From positions 32,001-96,000 of IMG/VR virus record IMGVR_UViG_3300023174_000087: a stretch of 64,000 nt of DNA, one strand, 5' to 3'. Below, in pieces: positions 1 to 10,345 of this stretch; positions within the stretch are counted from its first letter, which is position 1, and each line of letters starts with the position of its first letter. Made by a program: the position numbers and the translations under genes. Below the pieces are notes generated by a model. It was not told the origin of the DNA, searched no databases, and saw only the letters and a list, made by a program, of their open reading frames with translations. Source of the stretch: a virus.

Positions 1-1433
1 CATACCTAAGAGCAAACCAAAGTATTCAAAAGTTTAACTATAACTTGATCAGACCACTTGGATCCCCAATTAAGGGCTTTGGAGGCGTTGCATCAGGACC
101 TGCACCCCTTATCAAGTTGCACAACCAGATAGACCGTGTAATAGGCTCCAGAGGGGGAGAAACACTAGATTCTCGTGCCATCGTAGACCTTGTAAACCTC
201 ATTGGTACTTGCGTTGTATCAGGTAATGTTCGTAGATCAGCAACACTTGCTTTGGGAAATGCAGGTGATGAAACATTTATGAATCTAAAGAATGCAGAAC
301 TATTCCCAGAGCGTAACTCGTTTGATCCAGAGAATCCAGGTTGGGCCTGGATGTCTAACAATTCTATTTCAGCAGAAGTAGGAACAAAGTACGAAGACTA
401 TGTAGATTTAATTACAGAAAACGGAGAACCAGGTTTTATCTGGCTTGATGTTGCTCGTAATTATGGACGACTAAAGGATGCGCCAGACGGTAAAGATTAT
501 CGTGTGATGGGATTTAACCCATGTGCGGAGCAGCCATTGGAGTCATACGAATTATGTACACTTGTAGAAGTGCACTTGAATCGTCATGAATCTAAGGAGG
601 ACTTCCTGCGTACTCTGAAGTTTGCATACCTTTATGGAAAGACTGTAACACTTGTTCCAACACACTGGCCACAAACAAACGGCATCATGCAACGTAATCG
701 TCGTATTGGTACATCTCTTACTGGTATTGCATCATTTGCAGATCAAAAGGGTTTACCAGTTGTTCGTGAGTGGATGGACGAAGGCTATAATAAAATTCGT
801 CATTATGACCATCAGTATTCAGAATGGCTGTGTGTTCGTGAATCAATCCGTGTAACTACAGTAAAACCATCTGGCTCGGTTTCAATTCTTTCTGGTGCAA
901 CTCCTGGAGTTCACTGGGGTCCTGGAGGAAACTTCTTCCTTCGTGCAGTTCGATTTGGAACTACAGATCCAATGATTCATTTGTTCAAAGCAGCAGGGTA
1001 TACAATCGAAGATGACGTAGTATCAGCAAATACATCGGTAGTTTATTTCCCAATTAAATCAGGTCATCCAAGATCTGAGAAAGATGTAACATTATTTGAA
1101 AAGATTGCTCTTGCTGCAACTGCTCAAAAATATTGGTCTGATAATGGAGTTTCTGTTACACTTTCATTTGACAAAGAAACAGAATCTAAGCACATCGTTC
1201 CAGCATTAAATATGTATGAGGGACAGTTGAAAGCAGTATCATTTCTTCCAATGGGAAACACTGTTTATCCACAGCAGCCATACACACAAATTACTGAAGA
1301 ACAGTATGAGTCGTATATTGGTAAATTAAAGCATATTGATTTTTCTGCAATTTACGACGGTGTAGATAATCTTGAGGCTCAAGGTGAAGCATACTGTACA
1401 ACAGATTATTGTGAAATTAAAATAAACAAGTAG
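1..1433 (+). CDS. nrdJ: Class II (adenosylcobalamin-dependent) ribonucleotide reductase, 5'-truncated
   Basis: Frame open from nt 3; motifs GNVRRSA, GEPG, NPCAEQ, TTVKPSGSVS, C-terminal YCTTDYC cysteine pair. Confidence 0.93.
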   Translation, partial: YLRANQSIQKFNYNLIRPLGSPIKGFGGVASGPAPLIKLHNQIDRVIGSRGGETLDSRAIVDLVNLIGTCVVSGNVRRSATLALGNAGDETFMNLKNAELFPERNSFDPENPGWAWMSNNSISAEVGTKYEDYVDLITENGEPGFIWLDVARNYGRLKDAPDGKDYRVMGFNPCAEQPLESYELCTLVEVHLNRHESKEDFLRTLKFAYLYGKTVTLVPTHWPQTNGIMQRNRRIGTSLTGIASFADQKGLPVVREWMDEGYNKIRHYDHQYSEWLCVRESIRVTTVKPSGSVSILSGATPGVHWGPGGNFFLRAVRFGTTDPMIHLFKAAGYTIEDDVVSANTSVVYFPIKSGHPRSEKDVTLFEKIALAATAQKYWSDNGVSVTLSFDKETESKHIVPALNMYEGQLKAVSFLPMGNTVYPQQPYTQITEEQYESYIGKLKHIDFSAIYDGVDNLEAQGEAYCTTDYCEIKINK

Positions 1434-1440
1434 TCTTCTG

Positions 1441-1449
1441 TGGTAAAAT
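1441..1449 (+). promoter_or_regulatory. Extended -10 promoter TGGTAAAAT
   Basis: Intergenic TGn-TAnnnT element 9 nt before ATG 1459; same pattern recurs in many intergenic gaps. Confidence 0.6.
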
Positions 1450-1458
1450 AGACCTATA

Positions 1459-4400
1459 ATGTCTAATTCATCAAACCTTTATGCTGACAAAGTTTTTTCA
1501 GAACACCCAATGGTTCTTTGGGCTTTAGACGACAATATTGATTATATTTCTTTAATATCAGAAAATAAACGAAGCATTTCTTCTTGGTCTAAAACTGCAG
1601 GAACAGTATCAGAGGTTGATTCTGGATTAAGCCCGTTTCCAAATAGCACAACTTCAAAGGTTACCCTAGCAAATCCAGAAGATGAGTTTAGCATAGCAAC
1701 ATTTAAAAGTGATGACATTATTAATTTTACATTAATGAATCAAGAATTAAAAACATTTTCTATTGGTGCCTATATAAATATTAATACTTCCGCTTTTGCT
1801 GGTTTTGAGTTAGGTTATGAATATATTGATTCAACAACAGCACAAACAATACAAAACTTAAAATATTTTGCAACATCTGTTACAGATTCTTGGATGTTTA
1901 TATCTGAAACATTTGATTTACCAGATGATAATACAACAATGAAGTTAGTAATTAAAGCAGTGTACTATTCTATTCCAGAGTTGACTGATCCATACATATT
2001 CTTAGTAAATGGAATAAGTCTTGGGCAATGGTCAGAAGAGTTTAACTCAACATCACTTGGTGTTACCGTTGGTGCCCCAATTTCTGGTGTTTTGAGAAAT
2101 GCAACATTTAAAGGCGTTCAGTCTTTATCTTATGGTTTAAACCAGGATCCTGCGTATTATGTTGTATCTAATAATTCACTATATGCAAAAAATACTGGAA
2201 TTCCGATGGTGTATGGAGCAACAGGACTTACCAGACTTTCTCCAAATACAAACATGCCATCATTGTTAATACCAGGTAATGGGTTTTTACATGAATATGG
2301 AAAGTTTAAAGAGTATACATTTGAAATGTGGCTTAGACTAACAAATGATTCATCAGAGCCTAAAAAAATATTTGGTCCAGTTGAAACAAGTGATGGACTT
2401 TGGGTAGATGGCCCATTTTTAATTTTAAAAATTAATGATTACATTGCAAGTCACTATGTTGGCGAATGGGGAAAGCCAATGCTAGTTGATATAAGGTACA
2501 GTTATAATGGAGCAAATCTTGTTATAAATGGTGAGCAAGTTGCAGAAATTTTGTTTAATGCAAAAGACTTGTCATTTTTATTAGGTCAAGAATATACAAT
2601 TGATTGGCTTGCTTTTTGGTCTTATGATGATGTATATCCAGTAGAAGTAGATGCTGTTGCAATATACTCTTATCAGGTTCCCAACATTGTTGCAAAAAGA
2701 AGATATGTTTACGGACAGGGTGTTGATTTTCCAGAAAACATTAATACAGCCTATAGTGGGTCTTCCGTTTTTATTGACTATCAATATGCAAATTATGCAA
2801 GTAATTACATATATCCAGATCTGGGCAGATGGAATCAAGGAGTTCTTGATAATATATCTATTGATAATAATGAACTATCAGCACCAAGTTATTCTTTGCC
2901 AGAGTTGGTAATTGAATCAGGTCGTACTTCTGATTTGACTGATTTAGTTTTTTCATCAAACTTACAATTAGAAAGCAACAATTTCTTTACATTTAAACCA
3001 AATAATGCTTGGAATAAAAATGGGCACCTAGTTTTTAATAATTTTAATTTTTTACAAGAAGAAATTAAAGCATTTTATTCAGTTATTAAATTTACTAATT
3101 TACCACAACAGGATGAAGTCATTATACAAATTAATTCTGCAACAAACTCTAATTATTTTTCAGTTATTGCAAATGGATCAAAAATAAAATATAATCTATT
3201 TTATAATGGAAGCCTAACAACAATACATGAAAACTCTGGAGTGCAGGTTGGAGAGGTTTTTCCTGTGGGCATTAATATCGATGATTTTACAAAACATTTT
3301 GGAGAAAACCTATATTCATTTTTTGGAAATAGGTCAGATCTAAAATTTTATGTTGGTGGAAATAAAGATTTTTCTAAAAGTTTTCACGGAAAGATTTATT
3401 CTGTAGGTTTTTGCAATTCATCAAATCTTTCTGAGGTATCTGAACTTTTTAATGCAAAAGGTTGTGTAATTGAACATGAAGATATTTTTGATCTATACAC
3501 TTCACAAATTGATGCAGACAGTGGAGAGTACACTGGAAGTAGTGAAGGCTTTTGGCAGTTTTTTATGGATGGAGGAGACCCATATTCTTATTCTAGTTAT
3601 AGATTAAAAAATCACACAGCAAGTTATACTTTAATTGTTAAAGAATATTTTGATAAATTTTATTTTGATATTGCAATAAGTGGATCATGGAAAGACTATT
3701 TACCACTTACTTATTTGGCAAAATATGTAACAGATACAACTGGAAGCAAATACTATGACTTAGATTTTATTCAGTTTAATGTTGATTACCCAGCACCATC
3801 TACTTTTTTAGAAAAAGAATCTACACCAATCGTATGGAATTATGGAAACCCAAGATCAATTACAACAGATGGTGTAACAACAGTTATCCCTTCATTAATG
3901 GAAGAATACTCTACTCCAATTCAAAAGAAATACTCCGCTTTAGACAATCATCTTTATACTGGATATAATGACTATACAGATCTACAAAATAAATCATTTA
4001 AAGACTATATTTATGATACTTCTAGTTCTTATGTAAGGTCGTATGTAAATTTTGAATATGTTTCTTCTGGGATCAACACTAATGATAATTATTTTATTAC
4101 AACAGAACTTCCGCCAAAAGATGGAGTAGTTTCACCAGGCTCCAATTGGTTGTCTACAAAATATGAAGTTGTTGATAATATGATTATCTATCCACCATCA
4201 GAAGATATCAACTCTTTGGCCATGGTAACAAAACTAGTTTTTAAAATTGATGGAATTTTTACCCATGGAGTAAGATTAAAAACTTTGGAGTATGCTTCTC
4301 AATCATTTAATGATTCTTCTCCAAACCCAGTTGGTACAAAGTTTGGAATTCCAATTTATCCATATAGGAAGAGCGGATACTATTATGATTATAAAGAAAA

Positions 4401-5187
4401 GAATCCTTTTTCTATTTATAAAAAAAGTTCTCCATATTTGTTTTTAACAAAGAATAGTGGCATTGAGTTACGTGGTAATTATGATCCAAACATTGACCGT
4501 GGCCTGTCAATACCAATTAATCAGTCTGTAGCAGAGTCTTTTAAGATAATGGCAATGCAAACTGCAATAAAATATGACAAGGACTATTTCCCATTTAGCC
4601 CAATGCAAATATTTGAGATAGAGTCTAAAGATCAAAATATTCAATTTTTTATGGTTGCAAATAGTCCTGACGGTAAAAGAGGAAAATTATATGCGGTAGA
4701 TTCTACAACTGGAAAACTTGAAGATGGAATTTCCTTTTATATAAATGGTAAAATTGTAAAAGATCCAGTAATAACAATTAAAGAATGGACTTTCCTTGGA
4801 ATTGGCTTCTCAAGCATTCTTGATTTTAAAAATACTGTAGGATCTATTAGGCTCACTGGCCCCATGATGTTTAATGTTTTATCTTATTATCAAACAACAA
4901 GTCTTCAGGAAGTTCAGCAAACATCTCTTAGACCTTGGTTTAAAGTTAAATATGCTGGAGTTTTGCCCCTTGATTGGAATTTTTGGAATCCCGCATATAT
5001 GTGGCAAGGAGTTTTGGTTATCTCAACAAAGAGTTATTATGGGGTTGAGCCAGACGTAATCTATAAAACTTATACGGGAACAAATAAAACAATTATTGAT
5101 ACTGATGATATTTTGACCCTTGGAAAATATGAGTACAACATATATCAGGATATATCTTGGCAACAAACAACCGTAATACCTGTTTAA
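1459..5187 (+). CDS. Large beta-rich virion-associated protein (possible LamG/concanavalin-like domains)
   Basis: 1242 aa, aromatic/Asn/Ser-rich, YTFEMW-type strand motif; lies just upstream of the portal operon. Confidence 0.5.
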   Translation: MSNSSNLYADKVFSEHPMVLWALDDNIDYISLISENKRSISSWSKTAGTVSEVDSGLSPFPNSTTSKVTLANPEDEFSIATFKSDDIINFTLMNQELKTFSIGAYININTSAFAGFELGYEYIDSTTAQTIQNLKYFATSVTDSWMFISETFDLPDDNTTMKLVIKAVYYSIPELTDPYIFLVNGISLGQWSEEFNSTSLGVTVGAPISGVLRNATFKGVQSLSYGLNQDPAYYVVSNNSLYAKNTGIPMVYGATGLTRLSPNTNMPSLLIPGNGFLHEYGKFKEYTFEMWLRLTNDSSEPKKIFGPVETSDGLWVDGPFLILKINDYIASHYVGEWGKPMLVDIRYSYNGANLVINGEQVAEILFNAKDLSFLLGQEYTIDWLAFWSYDDVYPVEVDAVAIYSYQVPNIVAKRRYVYGQGVDFPENINTAYSGSSVFIDYQYANYASNYIYPDLGRWNQGVLDNISIDNNELSAPSYSLPELVIESGRTSDLTDLVFSSNLQLESNNFFTFKPNNAWNKNGHLVFNNFNFLQEEIKAFYSVIKFTNLPQQDEVIIQINSATNSNYFSVIANGSKIKYNLFYNGSLTTIHENSGVQVGEVFPVGINIDDFTKHFGENLYSFFGNRSDLKFYVGGNKDFSKSFHGKIYSVGFCNSSNLSEVSELFNAKGCVIEHEDIFDLYTSQIDADSGEYTGSSEGFWQFFMDGGDPYSYSSYRLKNHTASYTLIVKEYFDKFYFDIAISGSWKDYLPLTYLAKYVTDTTGSKYYDLDFIQFNVDYPAPSTFLEKESTPIVWNYGNPRSITTDGVTTVIPSLMEEYSTPIQKKYSALDNHLYTGYNDYTDLQNKSFKDYIYDTSSSYVRSYVNFEYVSSGINTNDNYFITTELPPKDGVVSPGSNWLSTKYEVVDNMIIYPPSEDINSLAMVTKLVFKIDGIFTHGVRLKTLEYASQSFNDSSPNPVGTKFGIPIYPYRKSGYYYDYKEKNPFSIYKKSSPYLFLTKNSGIELRGNYDPNIDRGLSIPINQSVAESFKIMAMQTAIKYDKDYFPFSPMQIFEIESKDQNIQFFMVANSPDGKRGKLYAVDSTTGKLEDGISFYINGKIVKDPVITIKEWTFLGIGFSSILDFKNTVGSIRLTGPMMFNVLSYYQTTSLQEVQQTSLRPWFKVKYAGVLPLDWNFWNPAYMWQGVLVISTKSYYGVEPDVIYKTYTGTNKTIIDTDDILTLGKYEYNIYQDISWQQTTVIPV

Positions 5188-5189
5188 TA

Positions 5190-5198
5190 TGGTATACT
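5190..5198 (+). promoter_or_regulatory. Extended -10 promoter TGGTATACT (leaderless start at 5206)
   Basis: ATG 5206 follows the hexamer after 7 nt; no SD. Confidence 0.7.
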
Positions 5199-5205
5199 TA
5201 TGGTT

Positions 5206-5610
5206 ATGAATCAAGAAAATCCAAACAAAAAGCGTAAAGCATTGCCCAAGATGAAGGGGCAAGTAGGCGAATCTCGTGCAAGAATTATTGAAAAACATTA
5301 TGATTGGGGTTTATACGTTTATAAAAAAGCCAATGGAAGATGGTTTACAGACGGAACAGGATCTGTTTTAAACATTCCATCAATGAAAGGCGATATCTCC
5401 AAGATTTCTGAATTAAAGATTGCAGCAAAACATTATGGAGATGAAGGAGACGGAACATGCGTATTTGTTCCAGGCCTAACAAGAATTTCAGAAGAAGAGT
5501 ACTCTGAGCAAAAGCAAAGAATGGCAGAAGGACTCATTCCTTCTATGAATGACTTAGGTGCTGTACAAGCAGCCAAAGACACTATTGCAAAGTATGGAAG
5601 TGATGATTAA
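5206..5610 (+). CDS. Hypothetical protein preceding the portal
   Basis: Intact ORF, stop overlaps portal ATG (TAATG). Confidence 0.7.
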   Translation: MNQENPNKKRKALPKMKGQVGESRARIIEKHYDWGLYVYKKANGRWFTDGTGSVLNIPSMKGDISKISELKIAAKHYGDEGDGTCVFVPGLTRISEEEYSEQKQRMAEGLIPSMNDLGAVQAAKDTIAKYGSDD

Positions 5611-7226
5611 TGTCAGAAGAATACGAATACAAGATTCCAGCAAGAATTGATAACCTTCCAGAAATAGATGATACTTTTACAAAACAAGATTCATTTAATA
5701 AAAACTGGGACGAACTAAAAAATTTTCAAGGACTAGATAATAACTTTAAACGCCGTGCAAGCAGGGTTTCAAAAGTAGATGCTTCTCAAGGTTATATTGA
5801 TAGTTCTAGAGCAGAAAGCACTGGTATTGGTGGAGCAAAGTCAAAGGAGATTAATCCTGGACTTATTTATAGAAATGGATACGGTTTATTTGATGTAATC
5901 ACTCCGCCTTGGAACCTATATGAATTAGCAAACTATTACGATACATCTTTTGCTAATCATGCCGCTATTGATGCAAAAGTTGAAAACATTGTTGGACTAG
6001 GCTATGATTTTGAAGTATCAGCAAGAACAATGCTTAAGTTAGAATCTTCTACAGATTCAGATGCCGTTGGTCGTGCTAGAAAAAGAATTGAGCGAGCAAA
6101 GATTGAGGTTCGTGATTGGCTTGAATCTCTTAATGATGAAGACTCTTTTACTGCCTCAATGGAAAAAGTATTTACAGATCTTCAAGCAACAGGAAATGGT
6201 TATCTTGAAATTGGTAGAACTGTAAAAGGAGAGATTGGATATGTCGGTCATATTCCATCAACAACCATAAGAGTTCGTAGATTAAGAGATGGATTCGTTC
6301 AGTTAATTGGAAATAAGGTTGTTTACTTCCGTAATTTTGGAGCAACAAATCCAAATCCACTTGGAACAGATCCAAGACCAAATGAAATAATTCATTTTAA
6401 ATCTTATTCACCATTAAATACTTTTTACGGTGTTCCAGATATTCTTTCAGCAATAAATTCTCTTTATGGAGATTCACTTGCTTCACAATACAACATTGAT
6501 TTCTTTAGTAACAAGGCTGTTCCAAGATATGTTGTAACTCTTAAGGGTGCTAAGTTATCCACAGAAGCAGAAGATAAAATGTTTAGATTTTTACAAACTG
6601 GACTAAAAGGACAAAATCACAGGACACTTTATATTCCACTTCCAGGAGATTCAGATACCAACAAGGTTGAGTTTAAAATGGAGCCAATTGAAAATGGTGT
6701 TCAAGAAGGATCATTTAAAGAGTATCGCAAACAAAACCGTGATGACATTTTAGTTGCACATCAGGTACCACTATCAAAACTTGGAGGCGGAGACTCTTCT
6801 GCAGTGGCAGCAGCATTAGCACAAGACAGAACATTTAAAGAGCAGGTTTCAAGACCAGCACAGGATAAACTTAATAAGATGATTAACAAGATTATTCGTG
6901 AAAAAACAGATATTCTTGATTTTAAGTTTAATGAGTTAACTCTTACAGATGAGATTGCTCAATCACAAATTCTTGAGAGATATATTAAATCACAGATCAT
7001 GCTTCCAAATGAAGCAAGAACTATACTTGGTATGCCTCAAAGAGATGGTGGAGATGAGCCATTTTCTCCTAAGCCAGAACAAATAAATAACCCCGCAGAT
7101 CGTGCACGAGATGCACAAAGAACTAATAATCAGTCTGATGGCTCAGCAACAATTTCTGGCAGAAATCCAAAAGGCGAAGGAAGAAAATTTGATGAAATTG
7201 ATATTCTTTCCGAAATGTCCGAATAG
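5610..7226 (+). CDS. Portal protein (PBSX-like family)
   Basis: GNGYLEI, EIIHF, NTFYGVP, FFSNKAVP, AHQVP, PNEAR motifs; position before protease and capsid. Confidence 0.92.
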   Translation: MSEEYEYKIPARIDNLPEIDDTFTKQDSFNKNWDELKNFQGLDNNFKRRASRVSKVDASQGYIDSSRAESTGIGGAKSKEINPGLIYRNGYGLFDVITPPWNLYELANYYDTSFANHAAIDAKVENIVGLGYDFEVSARTMLKLESSTDSDAVGRARKRIERAKIEVRDWLESLNDEDSFTASMEKVFTDLQATGNGYLEIGRTVKGEIGYVGHIPSTTIRVRRLRDGFVQLIGNKVVYFRNFGATNPNPLGTDPRPNEIIHFKSYSPLNTFYGVPDILSAINSLYGDSLASQYNIDFFSNKAVPRYVVTLKGAKLSTEAEDKMFRFLQTGLKGQNHRTLYIPLPGDSDTNKVEFKMEPIENGVQEGSFKEYRKQNRDDILVAHQVPLSKLGGGDSSAVAAALAQDRTFKEQVSRPAQDKLNKMINKIIREKTDILDFKFNELTLTDEIAQSQILERYIKSQIMLPNEARTILGMPQRDGGDEPFSPKPEQINNPADRARDAQRTNNQSDGSATISGRNPKGEGRKFDEIDILSEMSE

Positions 7227-7265
7227 TGATACTTTGATAAAAAAGGGCTTATAATATATAATACG

Positions 7266-8615
7266 ATGACTATATCAAAAGCCCATTGGAATTCAGAGGG
7301 TGACAACCTTCGTTTTTCCATGCCATTCAGTAAAGTTGATAAAGAGAGGCGTACAGTCTCTGGTTTTGCATCCCTAGATAATCTTGACAAGCAAGATGAC
7401 ATTGTAACAGCAGAAGCATCAATGGATGCATTTGCAAAATTTCGTGGGAATATTAGAGAAATGCACCAACCATTAGCAGTAGGCAAAATGGTTTCATTTA
7501 AAGAAGACAAGTATTTTGATCCAGAAACAAAGAAATTTTATAATGGTGTTTTTGTTTCTGCATATGTTTCAAAGGGTGCACAAGATACTTGGGAAAAGGT
7601 TCTTGATGGAACATTAACTGGTTTTTCTATAGGCGGTAGAATGAACAAGTGGGACGACGCTTATGATGAGAAAGCAGATAAGACAATTAGAGTTATTAAG
7701 CAATATGATCTTGTTGAGTTGAGTCTTGTTGATTCCCCAGCAAATCAATTTGCAAATATTGTTTCAGTAGAGAAGGTAGACGGTGTTGATATGATTAAGG
7801 GCGATGAAACAGTTGTTGAAAATGTTTTTTGGGACAAGCAATCTGGTATTGTAACCGTATCAGAAAATGAATCAGAACTTAGCCCTGTTTCTGGTGAACC
7901 AATGCAAAACATAGGTTTCGTTGAAAAAACGGATAATGAAAAAACAGATATGATAAAATTCTTAGTCGATAGTGCTAAAGGCATTAATACTTCTAAGATT
8001 AACAAGGAGGAAAACCTTATGGCAAAAGCAACAAAAAATACAGTAGAAGAAATCGTTGAGAAATCTGATATTGTAGTTGAAATATCAGAGGTCGCTCCAG
8101 AGGCAGATGCAAAAGCAGATGTTGTAGTACCAGCAGATGAAGCAGAGACTGATGCAGAAAAGGCTATGAAAAAGCCTGCTACTGATGAATCTGAAACACC
8201 AGCAATGGATGCAGCAGAAACTCCAGCAGATGAAGAGGCAGAGGCTAAGAAGCCAATGGCCCCTAAGTCAGATGAGGTAGTTGCAGAAGCAGTTACAGAA
8301 ACAAATGACGGTCTTGAAAAAGCCTTTAGCGATCTAGTAGAAGTTGTTAAATCACTTCAATCAGAAGTAGAACTTTTAAAGTCTACTAAGGTTGATGTTG
8401 AAACAGCAAAACAATCATTTGAAGCAGTTGCAAAAGATATTGCATCAGCAACAAGTGTATTTAATGAATTTGGTAAGCGTGTGGAACTTGTAGAGCAAGA
8501 CACCGCTTTCCGAAAGTCTGGCGATCTCGGCGAGATAGTACAGAATCAGCCTGAAATGGTTGAAAAATCCCTATGGGGCGGTAGTTTCCTCAAAACAGCC
8601 GATCTATTAAATTAG
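7266..8615 (+). CDS. Capsid maturation protease fused to an acidic scaffold region
   Basis: RTVSGFAS, REMH, GFSIGG, ELSLVDSPAN protease motifs; acidic Ala/Glu coiled-coil C-terminal half. Confidence 0.88.
   Translation: MTISKAHWNSEGDNLRFSMPFSKVDKERRTVSGFASLDNLDKQDDIVTAEASMDAFAKFRGNIREMHQPLAVGKMVSFKEDKYFDPETKKFYNGVFVSAYVSKGAQDTWEKVLDGTLTGFSIGGRMNKWDDAYDEKADKTIRVIKQYDLVELSLVDSPANQFANIVSVEKVDGVDMIKGDETVVENVFWDKQSGIVTVSENESELSPVSGEPMQNIGFVEKTDNEKTDMIKFLVDSAKGINTSKINKEENLMAKATKNTVEEIVEKSDIVVEISEVAPEADAKADVVVPADEAETDAEKAMKKPATDESETPAMDAAETPADEEAEAKKPMAPKSDEVVAEAVTETNDGLEKAFSDLVEVVKSLQSEVELLKSTKVDVETAKQSFEAVAKDIASATSVFNEFGKRVELVEQDTAFRKSGDLGEIVQNQPEMVEKSLWGGSFLKTADLLN
8019..8615 (+). CDS. Putative nested scaffolding protein (internal in-frame start)
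   Basis: AAGGAGG at 8004-8010, 8 nt before in-frame ATG 8019. Confidence 0.65.
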   Translation: MAKATKNTVEEIVEKSDIVVEISEVAPEADAKADVVVPADEAETDAEKAMKKPATDESETPAMDAAETPADEEAEAKKPMAPKSDEVVAEAVTETNDGLEKAFSDLVEVVKSLQSEVELLKSTKVDVETAKQSFEAVAKDIASATSVFNEFGKRVELVEQDTAFRKSGDLGEIVQNQPEMVEKSLWGGSFLKTADLLN

Positions 8616-8638
8616 AAAAAATCACAGGAGGTGACAAT

Positions 8639-9796
8639 ATGTCGGAACAAAATATAGAAAAAAACCAGCCAGGTGCTGCAGGTGGAGAACACATTGGTGG
8701 AAATATTCCAGGACTCTATCAGGGTCAGGGAGCATTTGCATCAGGTAATGAATCTCATCCATACACACCAGGTAACTACACAACTGGTGGAGTTCTAGGG
8801 AATATCCCAGAATCTACACTTGGTTCAGTAAGTGGTCCAAACGCAGTAAATCCTTCAGGTGAGGCTGGATCAGGTATCCTACGCCCAGAGCAAGCACGTC
8901 GTTTTATTGACTACGTGTGGGATGCTACCATTCTCGCCCAAGATGGCCGTCGCGTTACAATGAGAGCCAACACAATGGAACTCGAAAAGGTAAACGTCGG
9001 AGAGCGTGTAATCCGTTCTGCTACACAAGCACTCGGAGAGTACACAAACGCAGGAGCAACTTTCTCAAAGGTTGAATTGACTACAAAGAAGATTCGTCTT
9101 GACTGGGAAGTAACTTCAGAAGCACTAGAAGATAACATCGAAGGTGCAGCACTTGAAGATCACATCGTTCGTCTTATGACAAACGCATTTGGTAATGACA
9201 TCGAAGACCTTGCTATTAATGGTACAGGTTCAGGTGATGCATTTACATCAATCATGAACGGTTTCGTAAATCGTGTCAAGACTGGTGGAGACGCTCACGA
9301 AGCAGTCGTTACAGTTGCTAACGGAGGATGGACTCCAGAAGTTATGCAGAACATCATCCTTGCAATGCCACGTAAGTACCGTGCACTTAAGAACAATCTT
9401 AAGTTCTACGCAGGTACAGATGTATTCCAAGGTATCGTAAAGAATAACGGTACACTTGCTGATGCAATTGCAGAAGCATTTGGTTCACATGCAGGTGGTG
9501 CTGGTACTCCAGCAATGCGCCAATCATACTTAGATGGTAATGCACAGACATTCGGACAAGCACGTACAACTCGTGTTCTCGGAATTGACGTACAAGAAGT
9601 TCCTTACTACCCTGCAGGATATGTCGATTTGACATTCCCACAGAACCGTGTATGGGGCTTCCAGCGTGACATCACTGTTAACCGTGAATACAAGCCAAAG
9701 AAGGACACTGTAGAATATACAGTCTTCGTTCGCTTCGGTATTCAATGGGAAGAACAAGATGCAATCGCTTGGGCAGACGCTGCAGCAGATGCATAA
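8639..9796 (+). CDS. Major capsid protein (HK97 fold)
   Basis: GILRPEQARRF, EALEDNIEG, DLAING; SD AGGAGGT; strongly biased codons; follows protease. Confidence 0.92.
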   Translation: MSEQNIEKNQPGAAGGEHIGGNIPGLYQGQGAFASGNESHPYTPGNYTTGGVLGNIPESTLGSVSGPNAVNPSGEAGSGILRPEQARRFIDYVWDATILAQDGRRVTMRANTMELEKVNVGERVIRSATQALGEYTNAGATFSKVELTTKKIRLDWEVTSEALEDNIEGAALEDHIVRLMTNAFGNDIEDLAINGTGSGDAFTSIMNGFVNRVKTGGDAHEAVVTVANGGWTPEVMQNIILAMPRKYRALKNNLKFYAGTDVFQGIVKNNGTLADAIAEAFGSHAGGAGTPAMRQSYLDGNAQTFGQARTTRVLGIDVQEVPYYPAGYVDLTFPQNRVWGFQRDITVNREYKPKKDTVEYTVFVRFGIQWEEQDAIAWADAAADA

Positions 9797-9814
9797 TCTG
9801 TAAACAGTATAATT

Positions 9815-9850
9815 TAGGGGGAGTAGGAGTTAATTCTCCTGCTCCCCTTA
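9815..9850 (+). terminator. GC-rich hairpin after the capsid gene (terminator or stabiliser)
   Basis: TAGGGGGAGTAGGAG-TTAATT-CTCCTGCTCCCCTTA; weak U tract. Confidence 0.65.
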
Positions 9851-9860
9851 TCACTTATAA

Positions 9861-9869
9861 TGATATAAT
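9861..9869 (+). promoter_or_regulatory. Extended -10 promoter TGATATAAT
   Basis: Directly after the hairpin, followed by SD AAGGAGG and ATG 9887. Confidence 0.7.
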
Positions 9870-9886
9870 ACTAACAAGGAGGAATC

Positions 9887-10342
9887 ATGGAAAATTTAGA
9901 TAATTCATTTGAAGAAAATAGTTTGACAGTTGAAGAAACTGTAACTTTTGAAGCACCAGTTGTAGAAGAAGTTCTAGCAGTAGAAGACGTATCTGTAGAA
10001 GCACCAGAAGTTGAAAATATTGTTGAAGCAGTAGAACCAGCAGAAACAATTGCAACAGATTCTTTTGCAAACACAGAAGAAGTTCAAGCAATTGGAACCG
10101 TTAATGGGGCCATCGGTGCAACAACTGCACCAAGAGAATCAAGAAAGCCTGCAAAGAGGGTTCCTGAAGAAAAGAAGGAAACAGTTGCCATCCATTCATC
10201 AAAAAATGTTTCTTGGGAAGGTGTTGGAAACGTAAATCGTGGTATCAACATTGTTTCAAAGGCTGCTGCTGATAAGTGGCTTACTCGCTCACATATTACA
10301 CTTGCTACACCAGAAGAAGTTGCCAGGGAATTTGGTAAGTAA
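9887..10342 (+). CDS. Acidic head-associated hypothetical protein
   Basis: Glu/Val-rich N-terminus, small folded C-terminal domain; strong SD. Confidence 0.6.
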   Translation: MENLDNSFEENSLTVEETVTFEAPVVEEVLAVEDVSVEAPEVENIVEAVEPAETIATDSFANTEEVQAIGTVNGAIGATTAPRESRKPAKRVPEEKKETVAIHSSKNVSWEGVGNVNRGINIVSKAAADKWLTRSHITLATPEEVAREFGK

Positions 10343-10345
10343 TTC

